Assembly: GCA_965202685.1 (NCBI GenBank)
Contig: OZ241853.1
Location: 27,381-91,380, forward strand
Origin: Gammaproteobacteria bacterium
Lineage (GTDB): Bacteria; Pseudomonadota; Gammaproteobacteria; Eutrophobiales; Eutrophobiaceae
Direction: 5' to 3'
Length of the DNA stretch: 64,000 nt
Within the stretch, counting starts at the first letter, position 1, and every line of letters starts with the position of its first letter. The position numbers and the translations under genes were made by a program. Of the stretch, positions 55,101-63,621 are shown one piece after another. A model generated the notes under the pieces. It was given only the letters and a program-made list of their open reading frames with translations, made no database searches and was not told the DNA's origin.

Positions 55101-56759
55101 ATGGCCGCCCTCACCGCCGCCGCCCGCCAGGAAATTCAACGGGCCTTCGAGGCGGCGGCTCCCGGCGCCACGGCGGCCCTGGTTCGCAAGCTGGCGGCGG
55201 CCTTCGGCGTCTCCACATCCACCATCTATCGGGTCGCTCAGCGCGGCGGCAAGAAACGCAAGCGCGCCCCCCGGCGCCCGGAATACCGCGAGTGGGCGCG
55301 GACGGCGGCCCTGATCGCCCGCGCCTCCCCCGAGCGCCCCTTGCCGTTGGACCTGGCGTTGGACGCCGCGATAAAGAGCGGCGCCTTGCCGCCAGAAGCG
55401 GCGGCCATGCCCATCGGCACGGCGTACCGCATCATCCGCGAGCTGGGCTTCACCCCCCGGGCCCGCCGCGCCCGCCGCCTGTTCGCCGACTATCCCATGC
55501 AGGCTGTCCAGGTTGACGGCTCCGGCTCCGAATGCCTGATGGTGGAGCGCGTCCTGGCGGACGGCGACTTCCAGTTGAAGCTCAACACCACCCCTTTGCC
55601 CAGCGGGGGCTACAAAAACAAGCCCCTGGGCCCTGAGCGTCTGCGGGTCTGGTGCTACGGCCTGTGGGACATGGCCACCGGCTACACACTGAGCCGCTAC
55701 GCCGTCGCCTCTGGCGAATCATCTCTGGACGCCATGGCTTTTCTGTGTTGGGCCTTGGGCGCGGAACATGGCGACCCTCGCGTGCCGTTTCACGGCGTTC
55801 CCGACAATCTCTGGACTGACCAGGGCCCGCTGTTCAAATCCGCCGCCAGCCGCGAGTTGCTGGAGCGCTTAGGGATCAACCTGGAAGCCGGCGCTCCCTA
55901 CAACAAAAACCGCATGGGCGGCGTGGAGCGCTCCCACCGCGCCCGGTGGTCCCGCTTCGAATCATCCTTGTTCACGGCGGGCCGGGAGACCTGGACCCTG
56001 GCGGCCCTGAACGCCCGCCTGCTGGAGTATCACATCAGGGAGAACGACCTGCGCTTTTCCCGCGCTCGGGTGGGCGACCGCAACGCCAGCCGCGCCGCCG
56101 CCTGGGTGGCCCTGACCAACGCCCGCCCGACGGACAACCGCCTGCGCAAGTTGCCGGCGGATCCTATCGCCACCATGGCCCGGGAGGCCCGGCGCTGGGC
56201 CGACGGCAACGGCGTGATCCGCTGGGGCGGGGTGGAATACGAGCTCCCCGGCGACCTGTGCAACCAGTGGGTCACCGCCCGCCGCCCCGCCGTGGCCAGA
56301 GACAGCGAGGCCGGGGACAGCGGGGCCGGCGCCGCCGTGGTGGTGGAGACGGCCGGCGGGGCGCGGGTCCTGGCGCCGCCATTGCGGGCCCGGCCTTATG
56401 GCCAGACCCCGCCGGCGGCCACGCCGCCGCTGGAGCGGGCCCTGGCGGAGTCCCCGCCCACGGCCGCCGTGGACTGCTACGGGCCCGGCGCGGCCCGGCC
56501 CCATGCGGACGCGACCCCCTTGCCGCCGCGGAGCGGCCCGGCGGCGCCCCTGGTCAATCCCCTGGACGCCAGCCGCCACGCCTCCCCTGAGGAGGCCATG
56601 CAAGCCTTTCTGTCTTTATACGGCCGCCCCCTGAGCGCGGCGCGGGTGGCGCAGGCGCGGGCCATCCTGGCCCGCCACGACTTCAGCAAACAGGCGGTGC
56701 GGGACCTGGCCCTGGACATGTCTCACCTGGTGGCGGCCGCCGCCAACCAAGAGGAGTGA
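55101..56759 (+). CDS. Mu-type DDE transposase (MuA analogue)
   Basis: 552 aa with an N-terminal HTH (LAAAFGVSTSTIYRVAQRG). Candidate DDE residues are in VQVDGSG, LWTDQGPLFKS and GGVERSHRARW. Confidence 0.85.
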   Translation: MAALTAAARQEIQRAFEAAAPGATAALVRKLAAAFGVSTSTIYRVAQRGGKKRKRAPRRPEYREWARTAALIARASPERPLPLDLALDAAIKSGALPPEAAAMPIGTAYRIIRELGFTPRARRARRLFADYPMQAVQVDGSGSECLMVERVLADGDFQLKLNTTPLPSGGYKNKPLGPERLRVWCYGLWDMATGYTLSRYAVASGESSLDAMAFLCWALGAEHGDPRVPFHGVPDNLWTDQGPLFKSAASRELLERLGINLEAGAPYNKNRMGGVERSHRARWSRFESSLFTAGRETWTLAALNARLLEYHIRENDLRFSRARVGDRNASRAAAWVALTNARPTDNRLRKLPADPIATMAREARRWADGNGVIRWGGVEYELPGDLCNQWVTARRPAVARDSEAGDSGAGAAVVVETAGGARVLAPPLRARPYGQTPPAATPPLERALAESPPTAAVDCYGPGAARPHADATPLPPRSGPAAPLVNPLDASRHASPEEAMQAFLSLYGRPLSAARVAQARAILARHDFSKQAVRDLALDMSHLVAAAANQEE

Positions 56760-56763
56760 AACC

Positions 56764-57621
56764 ATGAAAATTTTGACCCGAAGACACTTCAAACTGCCCG
56801 CCGATCCCTGGGCCGGCTGGACTTGCGACACCGCCGATCAGAGCCGGGTGGGCGACCTGATCAAAGCGGCGGTGGCGGGCGATCTGTTCGTTTCAATAAT
56901 CGGCCCTCGCGGCAGCGGCAAAACCCGGGCCGCCCGCGCCGCCCTGGCCAACTGCGGCGACGGGGCGCGGGTGGTGGAGCCCTTGCGGTTGACCAGGGAC
57001 AAGTTGCACATGGGGGACATCGAGACCGCCATCTGTTTCAGCCTCTCGGATGAGTCCCCCCGGCGCTCTGGCGAGGCTCGCTCGCGCCAGACGCGCCGCA
57101 TTCTTGGCGCCGCCAGCCGCGGCAAGAAAGTCGTTTTATTCATCGACGACGCCCATGTTTTGCACAGCCAAACCCTGCGGGCCTTGAAACGCCTGCGGGA
57201 GCTCAGCTTTGCCGGGCGGGCGCCCTTGCTTAGCGTCATCCTGGCGGCCCAGCGGGACAAGACCGCAAGCATCCCGGAGGTGGGCCTGCGCTCTGACGCG
57301 CTGACCCTGGGCGGCTTGGCGAAGGCGGAAGTCTCGGCGGCTTTGCGCGCCGCCGGCCTGTTGGATGGCGTCCTGACCCACGAGGCGGAACTGGCGCTCG
57401 CCGCCGCGCCCGCCGCTGGCAACTGGCTGGACCTGCGCCAGCTGGTGGACGACTGCCTGTTCCAGGCCCTGGCCGCCGGGGCGCGGCAGGTGGATGCCAT
57501 CCATGTCCGCGCCGCTTTGCGCGCCGCCCCGGCCGCAACCTCCGTCCCGGCCACAGACGCGGGCGACCCCGCGGCCGGGGCCGCCCTGGATGAGTACCTG
57601 GCGCAACGGGAGGCGGCCTGA
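56764..57621 (+). CDS. AAA+ transposition ATPase (MuB analogue)
   Basis: Walker A IIGPRGSGKTRA and Walker B VVLFIDDAH. It lies directly after the transposase. Confidence 0.8.
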   Translation: MKILTRRHFKLPADPWAGWTCDTADQSRVGDLIKAAVAGDLFVSIIGPRGSGKTRAARAALANCGDGARVVEPLRLTRDKLHMGDIETAICFSLSDESPRRSGEARSRQTRRILGAASRGKKVVLFIDDAHVLHSQTLRALKRLRELSFAGRAPLLSVILAAQRDKTASIPEVGLRSDALTLGGLAKAEVSAALRAAGLLDGVLTHEAELALAAAPAAGNWLDLRQLVDDCLFQALAAGARQVDAIHVRAALRAAPAATSVPATDAGDPAAGAALDEYLAQREAA

Positions 57622-57629
57622 GGGCGTCC

Positions 57630-58115
57630 ATGTCCGCCGCAAGCCTCCCGCCGCCGATCACCCCGGGCCAGATCAAGCTGATTCATGTGATGTTGACCCG
57701 GCAAAAGATAGACGATGACGACTACCGCGCGCTGCTGGAGTCGCTCTACGGGGTGGACACTTGCAAAAACCTGACCCGCAAGCAGGCCAACGAACTGCTG
57801 ACGCGCCTGGGCGCGGGCCAAAAGCCCAAGCCCGCCCAGGCCGCCAAGTCCAAGCCGGCCCAGCCGGTCCCGCCGCGCCGCCGCGACCCCAATGTGGTGG
57901 CGTTGGCCACCCCCGCCCAACATCAGCTGATCCGCGCGCTGATCCATGAAGTCAAATGGCGCATGCAACCGCCGGCCGCGGCCTACGCCGCCTGGCTGCA
58001 ATGCAACCAGTCCCTGGACAAAGTCCGCACCACGACCGAGGCCGCCAAGGTCATTCGCGGCCTGAAGGCCCTGAAAGCTCATCAGCAAGGAGGAGGCCAA
58101 GCCCGCTCGCAGTGA
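57630..58115 (+). CDS. gemA: GemA/gp16-like regulatory protein (DUF1018-like)
   Basis: ITPGQIKLIHVMLTRQKIDDDDYRALLESLYGVDTCKNLTRKQANELLTRL. A second repeat reads ATPAQHQLIRALIHEV. Confidence 0.7.
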   Translation: MSAASLPPPITPGQIKLIHVMLTRQKIDDDDYRALLESLYGVDTCKNLTRKQANELLTRLGAGQKPKPAQAAKSKPAQPVPPRRRDPNVVALATPAQHQLIRALIHEVKWRMQPPAAAYAAWLQCNQSLDKVRTTTEAAKVIRGLKALKAHQQGGGQARSQ

Positions 58116-58116
58116 C

Positions 58117-58527
58117 ATGAACGACCTGGAGCTCACCGCCGCGCCCTTGTTTGCCGCCTTGGTGGACGCCGTCCAACGCTGCCTGGAATCCCCAGGCTAT
58201 CGCGCCCTGGCGACCCGGCCCGCGCCCGCGGGTTCCGCTTCCCTGGCGCAACGGCAAGCGCGGAGGATCGCCGCCGCGATCTGCGACGCCAGCCACGACG
58301 AACTGGAGGGCTTTCCCCCCTTCGCCGAGTTGCGTTCAGTGATCCACATCCAACGCCGCAACGCCTGCATCGTTCAGGACTTCACCGGCCACAACTACGG
58401 CGACTTGGCGCGGCAGTGGAGCCTGTCCACGCGGCAAGTGCGGCGCATAGTGGCGGGCGCCCGAAAAAATAGTGACAGGCCCCCCCTGCAAATGTCACAA
58501 CCTAAAACCCATAATCGCCGCCCATGA
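58117..58527 (+). CDS. mor: Mor/C-family transcriptional activator
   Basis: 136 aa with the C-terminal HTH GHNYGDLARQWSLSTRQVRRIVAG. Its position before the lysis genes fits Mor. Confidence 0.75.
   Translation: MNDLELTAAPLFAALVDAVQRCLESPGYRALATRPAPAGSASLAQRQARRIAAAICDASHDELEGFPPFAELRSVIHIQRRNACIVQDFTGHNYGDLARQWSLSTRQVRRIVAGARKNSDRPPLQMSQPKTHNRRP
58462..58500 (+). promoter_or_regulatory. late-promoter-like dyad element (copy 1) upstream of the lysis operon
   Basis: cgaaaaaatagtgacaggccccccctgcaaatgtcacaa contains GTGACA-N15-TGTCAC. CATAAT follows 11 nt later (58510-15), and ATG 58524 follows 8 nt after that. Confidence 0.6.
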
Positions 58528-59030
58528 ACCACGAGCTCAATCAGCCGCCCCAGGGTCAGCTCAGCGCCCACTTCAGCCTGGCGGAGTTTTTGCACAGCGA
58601 CCTGGCCCTGCGCGAGGGCATAGACAACGACCATCCGCCGGAAGCGGCCCTCCAGGACATGCGCATGTTGTGCCTGAATGCGCTTGAGCCGCTGCGCAAG
58701 GCCCTGGGCGACCGGCCCCTGCGAATCACCAGCGGCTATCGTTGCCCGCAACTGAACAAGCTGTTGAAGAGTGCGGACACCAGCCAGCACCTGTTGGGCC
58801 AAGCGGCGGATTTCCAAGCGCCGGGGATGGATTTGCTGGAGGTGGCGAAAGTGGCGGCCGCGCGCAAGCTGGTTCATTTCGATCAGCTGATCTACGAGGG
58901 CCGCTGGCTGCACATATCGTGGGCAAAGCAACCGCGCCGGCAACTGCTCACCGCCGGCTTCGCCGTGACGCCGCGGCAACGCGGCTACCTTGCCGGCATC
59001 CCCGGCGTAAGACAAACCGAGCGAGGGTGA
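58524..59030 (+). CDS. peptidase M15-family endolysin (L-alanyl-D-glutamate/D-Ala-D-Ala peptidase type)
   Basis: FSLAEFLHSD..., ITSGYRCPQLNKLLKSADTSQHLLGQAADF, ...WLHISW (H-x6-D...H zinc-site pattern). Confidence 0.8.
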   Translation: MNHELNQPPQGQLSAHFSLAEFLHSDLALREGIDNDHPPEAALQDMRMLCLNALEPLRKALGDRPLRITSGYRCPQLNKLLKSADTSQHLLGQAADFQAPGMDLLEVAKVAAARKLVHFDQLIYEGRWLHISWAKQPRRQLLTAGFAVTPRQRGYLAGIPGVRQTERG

Positions 59031-59035
59031 TCGCC

Positions 59036-59293
59036 ATGTTCGTTTTCCTGCGAGAAAAAATCAATCAATGCGCGGCCCGGGTGGGCGCGTTTGTCTGCAA
59101 CGCCGGCTTCCTGTTCATGGCGGCGCTGGTCTGGTTGCTCTCCGCCTGGCGCATGGTCTTGACCGCCACTGGCGCCATCGCCTTCGTCTCCTGGATGTGG
59201 GCCTTGGCGGGCGTCGGCGCGGCCCTGTTTGCCGCGCTGATTGTCATCCTGGCAGGCGCGCTGGTGTGGCTGGTTCACACCAATCGCATCTGA
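59036..59293 (+). CDS. small 3-TM membrane protein (holin/antiholin candidate)
   Basis: The in-frame ATG at 59036 in track ORF 58742..59293 gives MFVFLREKINQCAARVGAFVCNAGFLFMAALVWLLSAWRMVLTATGAIAFVSWMWALAGVGAALFAALIVILAGALVWL. Confidence 0.55.
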   Translation: MFVFLREKINQCAARVGAFVCNAGFLFMAALVWLLSAWRMVLTATGAIAFVSWMWALAGVGAALFAALIVILAGALVWLVHTNRI

Positions 59294-59302
59294 CAAACCC
59301 TC

Positions 59303-59797
59303 ATGCTCGCGCAACTCTTTGCTGGCGGCTTGGCGGGCGTCCTGGACGGCGCCCGCAAGATAGTCGACGAGTTTCACCTCTCCGGCGAGGAGAAAAACCA
59401 GTTCATGTTGCAAATGGAAGCGCTGTTGCAACAGCGCGACCGCGAGATAGAGCGCACCATCCGCTCGGAACTCAAAGCCAAGTCAGACATCGTGGTGGCG
59501 GAGCTTAGCCAGGGCGACAACTACACCAAACGGGCCCGCCCCACTTTGATTTACTTCGGCATGGCCCTGATCTTTTTCAACTACTGCCTTGTGCCTTTGG
59601 CGCAAACCTTCACTGGCGCGGACATCGCGCCCTTCGAACTGCCAGGGGAGTTCTGGCTCGCCTGGGGCGGCGCGGTGAGCGTGTACGCCCTGGGCCGAAG
59701 CGCCGAAAAACGCGGCATCCGCAACCCCGCAACCTCCGCCATCACCGGCAGCGGCGCGGCCCCGGTCAACAAACTGGTGGAAAAACTTTTGGACTGA
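59303..59797 (+). CDS. 3-TM holin family protein (GTA/phage release type)
   Basis: 164 aa: IVDEFHLSGEEKNQFMLQMEALLQQRDREIERTIRSE...YTKRARPTLIYFGMALIFFNYCLVP. Confidence 0.7.
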   Translation: MLAQLFAGGLAGVLDGARKIVDEFHLSGEEKNQFMLQMEALLQQRDREIERTIRSELKAKSDIVVAELSQGDNYTKRARPTLIYFGMALIFFNYCLVPLAQTFTGADIAPFELPGEFWLAWGGAVSVYALGRSAEKRGIRNPATSAITGSGAAPVNKLVEKLLD

Positions 59798-59800
59798 AAA

Positions 59801-60151
59801 ATGGAGCAAGAACTCATATTGTGGTTTTGGCGCGGCCTGTTGACACTTGGCATGGGCGGCTTGGTGCGCCTGCTTATATGGCAGCGCAAGATCGAGCGCG
59901 AGCTGGCGGAGCAAAAAGCCAAGATCGCCAGCGCCGCCGCCCTCGGCGCGGAAGTCAAGGCGGCTTCAACAAAAGTGACCACCCTGGAAGCCAACATGGC
60001 GGGAATGGCGGCGCTCAAAGAAGAAGTGATCGCCTGCCACCGCCGGCTGGACGAGGTGGCGGAAACCACCGCCACGCTGACCGGCGAGATGAAGCAGATC
60101 AACAACACCCTGCATTTGATTCAGGAACACCTGATGGGGAAGTCCAAATGA
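59801..60151 (+). CDS. membrane-anchored coiled-coil protein (Mu gp25 / DUF2730-like, or spanin-like)
   Basis: 116 aa with an N-terminal TM helix LILWFWRGLLTLGMGGLVRLLIW, followed by a coiled coil ending in LHLIQEHLM. Confidence 0.55.
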   Translation: MEQELILWFWRGLLTLGMGGLVRLLIWQRKIERELAEQKAKIASAAALGAEVKAASTKVTTLEANMAGMAALKEEVIACHRRLDEVAETTATLTGEMKQINNTLHLIQEHLMGKSK

Positions 60152-60627
60152 ACCCTCCCACACCTCGCAAAGAGCGCCTGCGCAAGGAGGTCCGCCGCGC
60201 CCCGCTGGACCTGTTGGAACAGGCCGCCGGCCACGACCTGAACGCCGCCATGCTGGAGCAATCCGGCGCTCCGCAACGCTCACTCCGCGCCGAACACGGC
60301 CGCAACGCCGCCATCACCGGCATTAACCTGATCTATGCCGCCACCCACCAGTTCGGCGCCAAAAAAGGCCAGTTCGCCAACAAGAAGGGCCGACCCATAC
60401 TATGGGGCGACCTCCCGGCCCGGCCCTTCCTCGGCGTCCACAACCAGGAGCGCAAGCAAATCCGCGCCGCCATCCTCAACCACCTCCGCGCCCGACCAAA
60501 GCGCTCACCCAGATCGCCCGCCACCGCCTCAACGGCAACAACTTCGGCGCCAAAGCCATCCCCATCGTCTGGCAAAACCACCGCGACGATTAGCCCCCGC
60601 CAGCCCCGCCCAGCCACAGGTCAGTAG
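60148..60627 (+). CDS. virion-morphogenesis (Mu G / tail-completion S-like) protein, probably truncated or chimeric
   Basis: ATG 60148 forms an ATGA overlap with the upstream stop. INLIYAATHQFGAKKG...LPARPFLGVHNQERKQIRAAILNHL matches the family core. The N-terminal half is about 40 aa too short, and the C-terminus runs into Pro/Ser/Thr-rich read-through. Confidence 0.55.
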   Translation: MNPPTPRKERLRKEVRRAPLDLLEQAAGHDLNAAMLEQSGAPQRSLRAEHGRNAAITGINLIYAATHQFGAKKGQFANKKGRPILWGDLPARPFLGVHNQERKQIRAAILNHLRARPKRSPRSPATASTATTSAPKPSPSSGKTTATISPRQPRPATGQ

Positions 60628-60768
60628 CGAAACCGCCATCCCCGGCGCCGCGGGCCCTGGCGCCCGCCGTCAAGCAAAACCCACCGCCCCAAAACAACGC
60701 AAGAAACCTCCCAGATCCTTCCCGCGCATAGTCAAAAATCTTTTGATTTTCCGCTTTGCCGCCCGCAA

Positions 60769-60818
60769 ATGTACATGAATATTTCGCGTGAATCGCAAAA
60801 AAGATTCGCAACATTCTA
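60769..60818 (-). repeat. right terminal inverted repeat
   Basis: The reverse complement is tagaatgttgcgaatcttttttgcgattcacgcgaaatattcatgtacat, with 4 mismatches to the left repeat. The inner sequences diverge immediately, so the two are distinct L-type and R-type ends. Confidence 0.85.
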
Positions 60819-60852
60819 CGTTGAGGAACAACCCCCGGCGTTTCTCTTTATA

Positions 60853-61884
60853 ATGCGCCTGCATGACTCCCCCCGCCCCTGCGCCGCCTGGTTTTCCGCC
60901 ATGGGCCTGTTGACGCAAGCAGGTCTGATCATAGGGTTGCTGTTGTTGCTGGGCCTGCTGTTGTGGCAGGGAGCCCAAGAGGTCCTGGCGTTGCTGTTGT
61001 CATCGGGCTGGCCCCTGCTGTTGCTGCCTTTGGTCTGGTGCCCCACGCTGTTGCCCGCCACCCAGGGCTGGCGCCAGCTGTTTCAGCCGGGCCATGTTCC
61101 CTCGTTCCCCCGGGCCCTGGCGGCCCTGTGGATGGGGCGCGCCGTCAACAACTTGTTGCCGGTGGCTTCCTTGGGGGGCGAAGTCGTGAAGGCGAGGCTG
61201 CTGTTCCTGTGGGGCGCCAGCGGCAAACGGGCCGCGGCTTCCGTGATGGTTGACAAGGCCGCCCAGGCCCTGGCGTTGGCATGCTGGGGGCTCCTGGGAG
61301 TCCTGTTGCTGTTGCGCCGGCCCGGCAACGAGGAGTTCGCCTTCTACGCCGCCGCCGGGTTCGCCGTCCTGGTGGCGGGGGTTTTCGGCTTCATCGTCGC
61401 GCAACGGGCCGGACTTGTTGGCGGCATGGCGCGAGCCGGACAGAAATTGACGGGCAAAATGATGAACAGCGATGCCTGGGAGGGCATGAGGGTTTCCGCC
61501 TCAGAGGTGGATGAGATCGTGCGGGCCCTGTACGCGGAGCCGAAAAAAATCCTGTTGGCCACTGGCTGGAGGCTGTTGGGACTGGTGTTGCACACCGCGG
61601 AGCTGTGGCTCGCCTGCTGGCTCCTGGGACACCCCTTATGGTTGTTGGACGCCCTGCTCTTGCGCAGTCTGACGGCCGCCTTAAGCGACATCGCCTTCTT
61701 CATCCCCAATGCCTACGGCGCGCAGGAAGGGGCCTTCATCGTCGTGGGCGCGTTGCTGGGCCTCTCTCCCGAGTTGGCTTTGGCCCTCTCCCTGGCCCTG
61801 CGCTTGCGGGACCTGGCCTTCGACCCCGCCGGCCTGTTGGCCCTGCACCACATAGAGAGCCGCCGCTATTTCGCCCGCCGCTGA
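60853..61884 (+). CDS. UPF0104/HpnL-type (lysylphosphatidylglycerol-synthase TM-region-like) membrane protein
   Basis: The protein from ATG 60853 is polytopic, with MGRAVNNLLPVASLGGEVVKARLL and PNAYGAQEGAFIV blocks. The first 84 nt of the track ORF lie inside the phage inverted repeat. Confidence 0.7.
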   Translation: MRLHDSPRPCAAWFSAMGLLTQAGLIIGLLLLLGLLLWQGAQEVLALLLSSGWPLLLLPLVWCPTLLPATQGWRQLFQPGHVPSFPRALAALWMGRAVNNLLPVASLGGEVVKARLLFLWGASGKRAAASVMVDKAAQALALACWGLLGVLLLLRRPGNEEFAFYAAAGFAVLVAGVFGFIVAQRAGLVGGMARAGQKLTGKMMNSDAWEGMRVSASEVDEIVRALYAEPKKILLATGWRLLGLVLHTAELWLACWLLGHPLWLLDALLLRSLTAALSDIAFFIPNAYGAQEGAFIVVGALLGLSPELALALSLALRLRDLAFDPAGLLALHHIESRRYFARR

Positions 61885-61897
61885 GGGGACGCGGGCC

Positions 61898-61930
61898 AAA
61901 AAAAACCCCGGCTTGCGCCGGGGTCTTGTT
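61898..61930 (-). terminator. bidirectional rho-independent terminator between convergent genes
   Basis: aaaaaaaa CCCCGGC ttgc GCCGGGG tcttgtt. On the minus strand the hairpin is followed by T8 (the strong direction, terminating fae). Confidence 0.8.
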
Positions 61931-61946
61931 GGGACAAGAAACGCGG

Positions 61947-62459
61947 TTACGAATGCGCCTGGAAGGGATGATCCGAACTGCCGCGCTTGCTCAGGACTTC
62001 AGAAGCCTTGGGCTCGCGGGCCACGGCGCGCTGGATCGACTCCTTCGTGGCGGCGTAGTTGTAATCCTGGATTTTGTCGTTGTCCTCCGCCAGCCAGTGA
62101 ATGAACACGCCGACGCAGATATACACATCGTCCGCCTCATCCGCCGGAATGGTGCCATCTTCAACGCAGTCCATCACCGCCATGGACACGGCGCGCTGGG
62201 CCGGGCCGAACATCTGCACGGCCTGATTGGCGCCTTTGATGGTTACTTTGTTGAACATGACCGTGGTGGGTTTGCACGCCAAATTCGGCGCCACCACCGC
62301 CAACAGGGATGTGAACCCGTCTTTGTTATTGGTCAGAGCGTTGCAGGCGGCTGTTTCCGCCGCGCTGCCGCGGGGGCCCATGATCAGGTCGATATGCGCC
62401 ACCTCGTTGCCATCTCCCACCAATGATTCGCCAACCAACACTCTATCGATGACTGCCAT
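61947..62459 (-). CDS. fae: formaldehyde-activating enzyme
   Basis: ATG 62459 is preceded by GGAGGAGG: [35 protein letters not shown]...; 170 aa. The track start at 62600 is an extension. Confidence 0.92.
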   Translation of the reverse strand: MAVIDRVLVGESLVGDGNEVAHIDLIMGPRGSAAETAACNALTNNKDGFTSLLAVVAPNLACKPTTVMFNKVTIKGANQAVQMFGPAQRAVSMAVMDCVEDGTIPADEADDVYICVGVFIHWLAEDNDKIQDYNYAATKESIQRAVAREPKASEVLSKRGSSDHPFQAHS

Positions 62460-62631
62460 CTCTTCGCCTCCTCCCGTTAGGAAATTTTTGATTTTTTTCA
62501 GTAAGTTGCACATGTTTTTTAATCTCTCGACTGAAGTATCAATCGCACAATGTCCGGCTGGAACCACCCCCGCCAGCAACCCTACGATAGCACATTGCAA
62601 GGTTTTTGCAACTATTTATCACGCTATTTTT

Positions 62632-63621
62632 TCAATTTTTTTGCGGGCGCCCGCCAAGGTCTCCCGCGCAACCCCAGATGTCCTCCAGGCGCCGCGCCAA
62701 CAGGCTGGCGAAGGTCAGGTCCGCGCAAGCGCCGGGGTTGATCCCGTCCCGCTTCAGCTCCCGGTCGAAGGTCAACAGGAAATCCCGCATCCGCTCCGGG
62801 TCGCCGCAGTCGGCGAACCGCTCCCACGCCGCCAGGGCCTTGGCGCGGGTTCGCTCCGCCGCCGCCGCGCCATGCTTGCGCAAAACATGGGTGTCCCGGA
62901 ACTGCGCCAAATAGCCGAGATAACAGGCCACGCAGGCCCATTCCGCGCTGTTCCAGCGCCGCTCATAGTCCCGCAGGCGCGGCGCGCCAACCCGCAGGAC
63001 TTCCCGATAGCCATTGGCGTATTGCCGCGCCACCAGGTCCCGCCCCCGGGCCGCCTCCATGGCCGCGCCCAGGTCCGCGCCGCTGGCCAGGTCCTGCACA
63101 TCGTGTTTTTCCACCCTGCCCAGGCCGCCGGGATTGGCCAGGCGAATGGCGGCGAAGAGGTCGCGGCCATCAGCGGGGGCAAGGGAAGCCAAGACGCCCC
63201 GCAGGGCGGCGCTGAGCCCCTTGGCGGGCGCAACGCCCCTGACAGGGCTGGCCGGCGCGGACCGCTCCCAGGCTCGAATCAAGGGGGCCGCCAACAGGAT
63301 CATGCCCAGGTTGGTGTTGCAGTGAACCGCCGCCAAGGTGGCCCTGACGCTCTCCAGGATGCGCCGACCCACCCCTATGGCGGGGTCGCACAGAATGGGG
63401 GCGACCCGCTCCGCGCTCTTGATGAAATCCTCGCATTCCATGTCATGCCCGCCGGCGTGGCGGCTGACATTCCCCGGCTTGAGGGCCCTGACCTCGCAGA
63501 GGAAGCAATCGAGCAGCACTCGGGCCAACCCGGCCCGCGTCGGGGACGCCGCCCCGCCGCCCGGGCCGGGCCGCCGCGGCGCCTCCAGGGACTCAGGAAA
63601 AGGTGCCGGTAAAGGATTCAT
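62632..63621 (-). CDS. triphosphoribosyl-dephospho-CoA synthase (CitG/MdcB)-like protein of H4MPT-linked C1 clusters
   Basis: 329 aa: [16 protein letters not shown]..., [13 protein letters not shown]. It sits between fae and mch. Confidence 0.75.
   Translation of the reverse strand: MNPLPAPFPESLEAPRRPGPGGGAASPTRAGLARVLLDCFLCEVRALKPGNVSRHAGGHDMECEDFIKSAERVAPILCDPAIGVGRRILESVRATLAAVHCNTNLGMILLAAPLIRAWERSAPASPVRGVAPAKGLSAALRGVLASLAPADGRDLFAAIRLANPGGLGRVEKHDVQDLASGADLGAAMEAARGRDLVARQYANGYREVLRVGAPRLRDYERRWNSAEWACVACYLGYLAQFRDTHVLRKHGAAAAERTRAKALAAWERFADCGDPERMRDFLLTFDRELKRDGINPGACADLTFASLLARRLEDIWGCAGDLGGRPQKN

Larger units (their letters stand above)
41029..60818. mobile_element. Mu-like transposable prophage-derived element, 19.8 kb, head/packaging module absent
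   Basis: 50-bp terminal inverted repeats (46/50 identity); DDE transposase, MuB-like ATPase, Gam, GemA and Mor; a lysis cassette; a lambda/GTA-like tail module. The left boundary is fixed by the break in homology to the S8-array unit at 41028/41029. Confidence 0.85.

Noticed and set aside
56838-58136. 432-aa minus-strand ORF
   Set aside because: It is antisense to the MuB-like and GemA-like genes and has Arg/Ala/Ser-rich low-complexity composition.
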